64,000 nucleotides of DNA from positions 146,273 to 210,272 of the forward strand of contig OZ245010.1 in NCBI GenBank assembly GCA_965223735.1, given 5' to 3'. A model generated the notes under the pieces. The model was not told the origin of the DNA and did not search any database. It saw only the letters and a program-made list of their open reading frames with translations. This DNA is from Candidatus Oxydemutatoraceae bacterium (GTDB lineage: Bacteria > Pseudomonadota > Gammaproteobacteria > Poriferisulfidales > Oxydemutatoraceae). The number at the start of each line of letters is the position of its first letter. Within the stretch, counting starts at the first letter, position 1. A program made the position numbers and the translations under genes. Of the stretch, positions 56,692 to 64,000 are shown one piece after another.

Positions 56692-57561
56692 ATGAACAAG
56701 ATCCTGTTGGCATTGGTCCTGGTCGCGTTGGTGCTTGTGTGGATGTCGGTTTACGTCGTTGACCAGCGCGAGCGGGCGATCCTGTTCAGGCTGGGCGAGA
56801 TCGTGCAGGTCGACATGGGGCCGGGGCTGCACTTCAAGACCCCGTTGATCAACAACGTGCGTACTTTTGACGCGCGTATTCTGACGCTGAACGCGAGGCC
56901 GGAGAGTTTTCTCACGGTTGAGAAGAAGAACGTGACCGTGGATTTCTTTGTCAAATGGCGGATCAAGGACGTTTCGCAGTACTACCGCGCGACCCGCGGC
57001 GAAGAGCGCAACGCGCAGAGCCGCCTGTCCCAGATCATGAAAGACGGTCTGCGCAACGAGTTCGGCAAGCGGACGATACGCCAGGTCGTGTCGGGTGAGC
57101 GCAGCGAGATTATGGACATATTGCAGATCAAGGCAAATAACTTCGCCAAGGAACTCGGCATCGAGATCGTTGACGTGCGCGTAAGCCGGATTGACCTGCC
57201 CGACAACGTCAGCGATTCGGTGTATGAGCGTATGCGCGCCGAGCGCAACCGCGTCGCGCGCGACTTCCGTGCCCGCGGGCAGGAACAGGCCGAGCGCCTG
57301 CGCGCCGAAGCTGACCGCAAGCACACCGAGATTACGGCCAGCGCCTACCGCGAAGCCGAGCAGATCCGCGGTGAGGGCGACGCAAACGCGGCGAGGACTT
57401 ATGCCGAGGCTTACGAAAGAGACCCCGAATTTTATTCCTTCCTGCGCAGCATCAACGCGTACGTGAACTCTTTCAGCGGCAAGACTGATATGCTGTTACT
57501 CGAGCCCGATTCAAAATTCTTCCGTTATTTTTCAGATTCCGAAGGCGGCAACGCCGAGTAA
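56692..57561 (+). CDS. hflC: FtsH protease modulator HflC
   Basis: An N-terminal TM is followed by VVDQRERAILFRLGEI and an SPFH domain. ATG lies 4 nt after the hflK stop. Confidence 0.9.
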   Translation: MNKILLALVLVALVLVWMSVYVVDQRERAILFRLGEIVQVDMGPGLHFKTPLINNVRTFDARILTLNARPESFLTVEKKNVTVDFFVKWRIKDVSQYYRATRGEERNAQSRLSQIMKDGLRNEFGKRTIRQVVSGERSEIMDILQIKANNFAKELGIEIVDVRVSRIDLPDNVSDSVYERMRAERNRVARDFRARGQEQAERLRAEADRKHTEITASAYREAEQIRGEGDANAARTYAEAYERDPEFYSFLRSINAYVNSFSGKTDMLLLEPDSKFFRYFSDSEGGNAE

Positions 57562-57777
57562 AGCGGTTTTCCGGAGAGAAAGAGGCAAACCCCGGCGGTT
57601 CCGCAACAGCCGATGCCTCGCGGCTTTCCTGCATCCGCGGCGGTTCTGCTCCCGGTTGCATTCCGTGTGCTGTTGCCGGGAAACGGCGTCGGGCGCGATT
57701 TCGGCGACGGTGAAAGCTAAGCGCCGGCGGATCCGGCAAACGGGTCATGCGGTCACAGTCGTCCAAGTTGTGTAACT

Positions 57778-58230
57778 TCAATAATCCCGGAACACGTAGT
57801 ATTTTGTCAGGACGAAGTTGATCGAAAAGGTCAGGCAGATGGTGAGTCCTCTTGCGAGCAGCAGGCCGTCCGATGCGCCGAACACCCCGAAGTTCATTTG
57901 GTCGAACGCGAAAATGTCCACCATCACGAACATCGCGATCAGGCTTATCACGAGCGCGCCGAGGCTGGAGAAGAATTTCCGCCATAACGCCGTGACCGGT
58001 GAGTGTCCGGTCAGGTGAAATACGAATTTAAGGGCGAGAAAGAAGTTTATCGTCGTTCCCACGATAAAAGACGCCGTCGTCGCGGCCAGGTAGTTGATTT
58101 CCAAGCGATCCGTCAGAAAATTAAAAACCGCGAGGTCGCAAACGGCGGCCATTCCGCCGACCACCCCATATTGAAAGAATTGCCGGACCCAGCCCCACGC
58201 AGGCGGTTGTGCGGTTTCATCCGGAACCAT
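57778..58230 (-). CDS. GtrA-family membrane protein (polyprenyl-phosphate-sugar translocation family)
   Basis: Four TM segments. RQFFQYGVVGGMAAVCDLAVFNFL and the C-terminal INFVLTKYYVF(R) are typical of GtrA-like proteins. The likely start is ATG 58230. The ORF call to 58377 would overlap lpxB. Confidence 0.7.
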   Translation of the reverse strand: MVPDETAQPPAWGWVRQFFQYGVVGGMAAVCDLAVFNFLTDRLEINYLAATTASFIVGTTINFFLALKFVFHLTGHSPVTALWRKFFSSLGALVISLIAMFVMVDIFAFDQMNFGVFGASDGLLLARGLTICLTFSINFVLTKYYVFRDY

Positions 58231-58360
58231 GGTCCATATCTCCCGTGCGGGTTGAGGCGATCGGTTTTCGGGGAAGCCGGTGTCTGACCGGCCGGGTTGC
58301 AACTGATTAGTATAATTTGTCCGGAAAGAAACCGCTAAGCGTACGTTCAGCGCGACAGTT

Positions 58361-59515
58361 CTATCGGATCGTCGCACCGGTGCCGACCATCCCGCGCACC
58401 AGGTCGGCGAGTTTTTCCACGGCGCCGCCGTCGCCGAGCGCCCGCTTCACCCGATCGAGGTCGCGCCGGATCGTCTGTACGCGCTGCTTGTCTTCGAGCA
58501 TCGCCAGCGCCTGTACGCGGATCGCGTCGGCATTGGCGTCGCCTTGGATCAACTCCGGCGCGACTGTTTTGCCGGCGACGATGTTGACCAGTCCGATACT
58601 CGGCGTTGTCACCAGACGTTTCAGCAGGAAATAGGTTGGCCATGACGTCTTGTAAATAATAATCATCGGTGTGCCGCACAGGGCGAGTTGCAGCGTGGCA
58701 GTGCCGGAGGCGGTGATCGCGAGATCGCTGCCGCGCATCGCCGCTTCGGGGTTTTCGCGGATTAACTCGCAATTGAGATGATGTTTGCGCAGTTGCCGTT
58801 TGACAATCTCCGTCGGAATGCCGGGTGCCGGCAGCAGTGAAAACCGCACCGAAGGCGCGTGCGCCGCAATCTCGGCGGCAGCGTGGCACAGCACCGGCAA
58901 CAGTCGGCGCACCTCGACAACGCGGCTGCCGGGCATCAGCAGCACTTTTTTACCGCCCTCGCCGTTGTTCCTGTCGCGGGGAGGCGGGAGACCGTGCATC
59001 TGATCCACCAGCGGGTGCCCGACGTACCGCACCGGCACACCGGCGTCACGGTAGATTTTTTCCTCGAACGGGAACACCACCGCCATCATGTCGATGCGGC
59101 GGGCAATCGCCCTGATGCGTCCCGCCCTCCATGCCCATACCTGCGGGCTGATATAAAAGAGTGTTTTTACGCCGACGCAGCGCGCGACCTTCGCGAGCCT
59201 GAGGTTGAAGTCGGGATAATCGACCAGCACCAGCAGGTCGGGGATTTCTTCTCTCAGCGCCCGCACCAGGCGGCGGTAGGCGCGTCTGAGTGCCGGGTAG
59301 TGCGCGACCACTTCAAACAGCCCGACCAGGGACAGTTCACTGGCGTCCACCAGTCGGCGCAATCCCGCGTGCTTCATTTCGGACAAGCCCATGCCGAAGC
59401 AGTCGAAACCGTCGGCGTTTTCGCCCGAGTGCAGCGCCCTGATCAAGTCCGCCGCGTGCATGTCGCCCGACGGCTCGCCCGCGACGACCATGATCTTGTA
59501 AGTCCGGCGGTGCAC
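58361..59515 (-). CDS. lpxB: Lipid-A-disaccharide synthase
   Basis: The VVAGEPSGDMHAADLIRAL N-terminus and LpxB-like sequence throughout support the call. The start may be 59515 or 59491. Confidence 0.9.
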   Translation of the reverse strand: MHRRTYKIMVVAGEPSGDMHAADLIRALHSGENADGFDCFGMGLSEMKHAGLRRLVDASELSLVGLFEVVAHYPALRRAYRRLVRALREEIPDLLVLVDYPDFNLRLAKVARCVGVKTLFYISPQVWAWRAGRIRAIARRIDMMAVVFPFEEKIYRDAGVPVRYVGHPLVDQMHGLPPPRDRNNGEGGKKVLLMPGSRVVEVRRLLPVLCHAAAEIAAHAPSVRFSLLPAPGIPTEIVKRQLRKHHLNCELIRENPEAAMRGSDLAITASGTATLQLALCGTPMIIIYKTSWPTYFLLKRLVTTPSIGLVNIVAGKTVAPELIQGDANADAIRVQALAMLEDKQRVQTIRRDLDRVKRALGDGGAVEKLADLVRGMVGTGATIR

Positions 59516-59523
59516 AAGCGAGG

Positions 59524-60636
59524 TCAGTCCAGCGCCGTGATTGCGGCGGCGACGCGCCCGACGTCCGGCTCGGTCAGTTCAGGGAACATCGGCAGCGACA
59601 GGCATTCGCGTGCTATGCGTGCGGCCTGGTCGCAATTGACGTTGCGGCTGACGCCGCGCAACGAGGGTTGCCCGGTCAACGGCAACGGGTAATAGATGCG
59701 GTTGCCTATCCGCGCCTTGTCGAGCGCGGCGCTGATCGCGCCACGCCGCTGTCCGCACAAGACCGTGTATTGATTGAAGACGTGCTCGCATCCCTCGGCG
59801 CAGGCCGGTGTCCGCAGATGCCCTTTCAGGGCGTTGGTGTAAAGCGTCGCGAGTCGTCGCCGCTTGCGGTTGAAAGTTTTCACGTGCCTGAGTTTTACGC
59901 GCAGGATGGCGGCCTGGATCTCGTCGAGACGGCTGTTGTAGCCGATGATCTCGTGGTCGGGGCCGCCGGGACTGCCGTGGTTGCGCAGCAGCCTGACGCG
60001 CTCGGCGAGGTCATGGTCGTCGGTGGTGATCATGCCGCCGTCGCCACAACCGCCGAGGTTCTTGGTCGGGAAAAAACTGTGGCAACCCGCGAGCGACATC
60101 GCGCCGGCGTGACGACCGTTGCGGCGCGCGCCGAATGCCTGTGCGCAATCCTCGATCAGCGCGAGCCCGTGCCGGGCGGCGAGCGCCGACAATGCGTCCA
60201 CGTCGGCAGGGTGGCCGTGTAGGTGCACTGCAATGATCGCGCGGGTTTTTAGCGACAGCGCGCGCTCGGCGCTCGCCGGATCAAGCGTCAAAGTGACGGG
60301 GTCGATGTCCGCGAGCACCGGCACAGCGCCGACGTACAGTATGGCTTCCGCGGTCGCGATGAAAGAGAACGCGCTGGTGATCACCTCGTCTCCCGCGCCG
60401 ACGGAGGCCGCGCGCAGCGCCAAATGCAACGAGTCGGTGCCTGAAGCACAGGCGACGGCTTCGCGGGTGCCGACGAATGAGGCGACCTCGCGCTCGAGCG
60501 TTGCCACTTCTTCGCCGAGTATGAAACGGCCGCTTGCAAACACCCGTGTGATCGCCGCGTCAATTTCCCCCGACAGCGCGCGGTGCTGTTCGCTCAGGTC
60601 AAAAACGGGGATCGGCGGTGCGGGCGAGACGGTCAT
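59524..60636 (-). CDS. DegT/DnrJ/EryC1-family PLP aminotransferase, GnnB-like
   Basis: From ATG 60636 the N-terminus reads MTVSPAPPIPVFDLSEQHRAL...ASGRFILGEEV. The sequence is a sugar aminotransferase type, located between a Gfo/Idh/MocA gene and lpxB. The upstream part of the ORF call is an artefact. Confidence 0.8.
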   Translation of the reverse strand: MTVSPAPPIPVFDLSEQHRALSGEIDAAITRVFASGRFILGEEVATLEREVASFVGTREAVACASGTDSLHLALRAASVGAGDEVITSAFSFIATAEAILYVGAVPVLADIDPVTLTLDPASAERALSLKTRAIIAVHLHGHPADVDALSALAARHGLALIEDCAQAFGARRNGRHAGAMSLAGCHSFFPTKNLGGCGDGGMITTDDHDLAERVRLLRNHGSPGGPDHEIIGYNSRLDEIQAAILRVKLRHVKTFNRKRRRLATLYTNALKGHLRTPACAEGCEHVFNQYTVLCGQRRGAISAALDKARIGNRIYYPLPLTGQPSLRGVSRNVNCDQAARIARECLSLPMFPELTEPDVGRVAAAITALD

Positions 60637-60640
60637 GTCG

Positions 60641-61558
60641 TCAGTGTTTGAGCGTAGCCGATACCCGGATCGCTGCGTCGAGCGCGCGGCGCCCTTCGCG
60701 TCCGCCGACCAGTGGTTGTCGCGTGTCGCGTATGCACGCCAGGAAATGTTCGATTTCGACGAGCAGCGCGTCGGCTTCGGGAAACGATCGCTCGTCGCAT
60801 TTGATGTTTTGCTCGTCGTCTTGGTGACAGGCCGTGCAGCGGTTATTGTACAGGTCAATTGAAAAGTAGCAGTCTTTCTTGAACAGGCGCAATTTGCGCT
60901 CGGTTTTGCGGCTGATGCGGCTCGTCGTGATGTTGGCGGTGCAGCCGTTGGCAAACTCGATCCGGGTGTTGGCGATATCGGTGCCGTGCGACAGGATTTC
61001 GGCGCCGTTTGCCCTGACGTCGGTGATCTCGGACGGCACCAGATGCAGGATGATGTCGAGATCGTGAATCATCAGGTCGAGAATGACGCAGGTGTCTTTA
61101 TTGCGCCTGCCGAGCGGCATCAGCCGCACGCTCTCGACGAACGCCGGGTCGAACGGCAGGTCGCCGAGCGAGAGCAGCGCGGGGTTGAAGCGTTCGATGT
61201 GCCCGATCTGCAGCAGCCTGTGGTTGCGCTCGGCGACTTCAATCAGCTCATCGGCCTGCTCGAGCGAGACCGCCATCGGTTTTTCAATCAGCACGTGCGC
61301 GCCGTTTTCCAGAAAGTCGCGCGCGATCTGGTAGTGTGTCGCGGTCGGCGTTGCGATGCTGACCGCATCGAGTTCTCCCAGTAGTTTCCGGTAGTCGGTG
61401 ACGGGTGCGATAGAATATTTGCCGGCAACCTCACGGCAAACCTTTTCCTCGATATCAACGACCGCAGATAATTCACAATCCGCTATGTGTGCATATTTTT
61501 CAGCGTGGAACTTGCCGAGGTGGCCTGCTCCGATGACGCCGCAATTGAGAGTTGACAT
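60641..61558 (-). CDS. Gfo/Idh/MocA-family NAD-dependent oxidoreductase, GnnA-like
   Basis: From ATG 61558 the Rossmann N-terminus reads MSTLNCGVIGAGHLGKFHAEKY. The stop lies 4 nt upstream of the aminotransferase start. Confidence 0.75.
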   Translation of the reverse strand: MSTLNCGVIGAGHLGKFHAEKYAHIADCELSAVVDIEEKVCREVAGKYSIAPVTDYRKLLGELDAVSIATPTATHYQIARDFLENGAHVLIEKPMAVSLEQADELIEVAERNHRLLQIGHIERFNPALLSLGDLPFDPAFVESVRLMPLGRRNKDTCVILDLMIHDLDIILHLVPSEITDVRANGAEILSHGTDIANTRIEFANGCTANITTSRISRKTERKLRLFKKDCYFSIDLYNNRCTACHQDDEQNIKCDERSFPEADALLVEIEHFLACIRDTRQPLVGGREGRRALDAAIRVSATLKH

Positions 61559-61618
61559 TGGTTTTTCTGGAGCCGCGGTCAATCGCCGCGATGCGGTTTC
61601 TGTCGCCATGGCCGGACT

Positions 61619-62254
61619 ATGATAGCGAAAAAGTGTTTTTCCAGAGATGAGGCGTTGCCGGACTTCGGCGCCGCATTGATCGCCGGTGTCGATGAAGCCG
61701 GGCGCGGCCCGCTCGCCGGTCCGGTCATCGCGTCGGCGGTGATCCTGCCGACGCCGCACCGGCGGCGCAGATACCATGATTCAAAGCAACTCGGCGCCGG
61801 GCGGCGTACGCGCCTGAGCCGCGCGGTCAGGTGTGAAGCGGTGGCCTGGGCGGTGGGGCGCGCCGAGGTCGAGGAGATAGACGAGTTGAACATCGCCGAA
61901 GCCAGCCTGTTGGCGATGGCGCGGGCGTTGGCAGCGCTCGCGGTGACGCCCGATCTGGCGCTGGTCGATGGTAACCGTGTGCCCTACCTTGACCTGCCCT
62001 GTTATGCGGTGGTCGGCGGCGATGACCGTATTGAAGTCATCAGCGCCGCGTCCATAGTCGCCAAGGTTGAAAGGGACGAGGAGATGCTGCAATTGCACGA
62101 GCGTTATCCGATTTATAATTTTGCCTCGCACAAGGGGTATCCGACCAAAGAACACATTCAGAATTTGGACCGATATGGCGTTTGCAGTATTCACAGAAAA
62201 TCATATCGTCCGGTCAGAGAGAGGCTTGCCGCCGGTCGCAACCCCGATGCCTGA
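61619..62254 (+). CDS. rnhB: Ribonuclease HII
   Basis: The GVDEAGRGPLAGPV motif is present, and the position upstream of dnaE fits. Confidence 0.9.
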   Translation: MIAKKCFSRDEALPDFGAALIAGVDEAGRGPLAGPVIASAVILPTPHRRRRYHDSKQLGAGRRTRLSRAVRCEAVAWAVGRAEVEEIDELNIAEASLLAMARALAALAVTPDLALVDGNRVPYLDLPCYAVVGGDDRIEVISAASIVAKVERDEEMLQLHERYPIYNFASHKGYPTKEHIQNLDRYGVCSIHRKSYRPVRERLAAGRNPDA

Positions 62255-62275
62255 GGTTTGCGTGAGAATCACATC

Positions 62276-64000
62276 GTGAGTTTCGTTCATCTGCATCTGC
62301 ATTCCGAGTATTCCCTGTCCGACGGCCTGTTCAGGGTCGAGGATCTGGTCAGCCGGGTTGCCGCTACCGGTACGCCTGCGGTGGCGCTGACCGATGCGGG
62401 CAACCTGTTCGGCGCGGTGAAGTTCTACAACGCCGCGATCAAAAGCGGCGTCAAACCGATCATCGGCTGTGAGTTGATGCTGCCTTTCGACGACAATCCT
62501 GCCACCTTCGGCGCCTCCGGCGTCAGGCAGGACCTCTGTTCGGTCGTTGTGTTGTGTATGAACAATACAGGCTACCGCAATCTGACCCGGTTGGTCACAC
62601 GCACTTACCTCGAAGGACGGGTGCACGAGGGAGGGCTGGCGCGGCGCGAGTGGTTTGAGGAATACAGCGACGGGCTGATCATACTGTCGGGTGGCGTGCG
62701 CGGCGACGTCGGGCGCCTTTTACTCGAAGGCAACGAGGCGAAGGTCGGCAGGGCGGTGAATTTCTGGAAGGACGCTTTTCCCGGGCGTTACTATCTCGAG
62801 GTTTACCGCACCGGACGCGACAACGAGGATGCTTATTTTCAGCGCGTACTGCCGCTCGCGGCGCGCGAACAGTTGCCGCTGGTCGCCACCAACGACGTTT
62901 GTTTTCCGGGGGAAGATAATTTTGACGCCCACGAAGTGCGCGTGTGTATCGCTCAGGGCGGTTATACCCTGAAGGATGTCGCGCGCACGCGCCGCCACAG
63001 CCGCCGGCAATATCTCAAGAGCGTCGCCGAGATGAGCGCGTTGTTCAAGCAGGCGCCGGAGGCGCTGGAAAACGCTGCCGAGATCGCCACGCGCTGCACC
63101 GTGTTTCTCGAGCACGAAGGCATGTTGTTGCCGGATTTCGAGTTGCCGCCGGGCATCACCGAGCAGCAGTACCTGACCGAGCAGGCGACGCGGGGGTTGA
63201 AGCAGCGTCTTGGCACCGGGATGTTTGAGTCCGACGGGACTTACGCGCAAAGGCTCGAGCACGAACTCGGGATCATTCTGGACATGGGGTATGCCGGTTA
63301 CTTCCTGATCGTCGCCGACTTCGTGCGCTGGGCGAAACGGCAGGGTATTCCAGTCGGGCCCGGGCGCGGTTCGGGTGCCGGTTCGCTGACGGCTTATGCG
63401 CTGGGCATCACTGAACTCGACCCGATCAGGTACGGTCTGCTGTTCGAGCGTTTCCTGAACCCCGAAAGAGTTTCGCCGCCCGATTTCGACATTGATTTCT
63501 GTATGGACAACCGCGATCGGGTGATCGAATACGTCGCCGAACGTTACGGGCGCGACAAGGTCTGCCAGATCATCACTTTCGGCCGCCTCGCCGCGCGCCT
63601 GGTGGTGCGCGACGTCGGGCGCGTCCTCGGCAATTCCTATGGTTATGTCGATCAGCTTGCCAAGTTGATACCGGATGAACTGAACATCACGCTCGACGAC
63701 GCGCTGAAGAAATCGCCCGAACTCAGTCAGCAGTATGATTCCGACGACAACGCGCGCGCCATTATCGATATCGGCCGCCAACTCGAGGGCCTGGTGCGCA
63801 ATCCCGGCACGCACGCCGGCGGCGTGATTATCTCGCCGAAGCCGTTGATCGAGTACACCGCGCTGTACCGGGAATACAAGGAGCCGACGGTCGTCACCCA
63901 ACTCGACATGAAGGATCTCGAGGCCGTCGGTCTCGTCAAATTTGATTTTCTCGGTCTCCGGACATTGACCACACTCAACCGTGCGGTCTCGATCATCAGG
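62276..64000 (+). CDS. dnaE: DNA polymerase III alpha subunit, N-terminal part (3' end outside window)
   Basis: GTG 62276 starts the PHP domain (SFVHLHLHSEYSLSDG), and GTHAGGVIISPKP occurs later. The frame stays open to the window edge, which is why it is absent from the ORF track. Confidence 0.92.
   Translation, partial: MSFVHLHLHSEYSLSDGLFRVEDLVSRVAATGTPAVALTDAGNLFGAVKFYNAAIKSGVKPIIGCELMLPFDDNPATFGASGVRQDLCSVVVLCMNNTGYRNLTRLVTRTYLEGRVHEGGLARREWFEEYSDGLIILSGGVRGDVGRLLLEGNEAKVGRAVNFWKDAFPGRYYLEVYRTGRDNEDAYFQRVLPLAAREQLPLVATNDVCFPGEDNFDAHEVRVCIAQGGYTLKDVARTRRHSRRQYLKSVAEMSALFKQAPEALENAAEIATRCTVFLEHEGMLLPDFELPPGITEQQYLTEQATRGLKQRLGTGMFESDGTYAQRLEHELGIILDMGYAGYFLIVADFVRWAKRQGIPVGPGRGSGAGSLTAYALGITELDPIRYGLLFERFLNPERVSPPDFDIDFCMDNRDRVIEYVAERYGRDKVCQIITFGRLAARLVVRDVGRVLGNSYGYVDQLAKLIPDELNITLDDALKKSPELSQQYDSDDNARAIIDIGRQLEGLVRNPGTHAGGVIISPKPLIEYTALYREYKEPTVVTQLDMKDLEAVGLVKFDFLGLRTLTTLNRAVSIIR

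Noticed and set aside
59524-61777. Apparent 314-nt overlap between the two long minus-strand ORF calls (59524-60954 and 60641-61777)
   Set aside because: The recognisable protein sequences start at internal ATGs: 60636 (MTVSPAPPIPVFDL) and 61558 (MSTLNCGVIGAGHLG). This leaves a 4-nt spacer, and the upstream extensions are artefacts of open GC-rich frames.

Overview
High-GC proteobacterial chromosome segment. The gene order looks gammaproteobacterial, with Pseudomonas-like blocks; this is inference, since no searches were possible. Most of the window is core housekeeping. It starts with mutL(3' part)-miaA-hfq, gloB, glnS, birA-coaX-tRNA-Thr and ogt. A complete dcw cluster follows (rnpB, mraZ-rsmH-ftsL-ftsI-murE-murF-mraY-murD-ftsW-murG-murC-murB-ddl-ftsQ-ftsA-ftsZ). 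Then come lpxC, a DUF721-like gene, an M23 peptidase, secA, argJ, a Nudix/ThiE-like fusion, hflX, hflK-hflC, lpxB with gnnA/gnnB-like genes, rnhB and the 5' part of dnaE. Four accessory or rearranged regions stand out. (1) 9.5-19.65 kb holds an 11-gene, translationally coupled type IVb-pilus/T2SS-like operon. It encodes a lipoprotein secretin, a GspE/PilB ATPase, a GspF/PilC platform and three prepilins. It also has five ORFs I cannot place in any family, and a first gene carrying 5.6 copies of a 105-bp in-frame tandem repeat. I see no prepilin peptidase, retraction ATPase, conjugation gene or integrase in the window. This is my best candidate for an undescribed system. (2) 38.0-40.9 kb is a clearly lower-GC two-gene cassette splitting ftsZ from lpxC: a GT2 polyprenyl-phosphate glycosyltransferase-like gene plus a family-less 492-aa polytopic membrane protein. 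A GtrA-like gene sits next to lpxB/gnnAB at 57.8 kb. (3) The classical hfq-hflX-hflKC block is broken twice. About 47 kb separates hfq from hflX, and a TnpB 3' remnant abuts the hflX start. A PP2C phosphatase, a Tat-signal HDAC-family enzyme and an MFS transporter lie between hflX and hflK. (4) A secreted SBP56 (selenium-binding/methanethiol-oxidase family) gene is preceded by helically phased purine-rich repeats. Many long ORFs in the supplied track are antisense or alternative-frame shadows typical of high-GC DNA and were not annotated. All family assignments come from motif recognition by eye and need HMM or BLAST confirmation.
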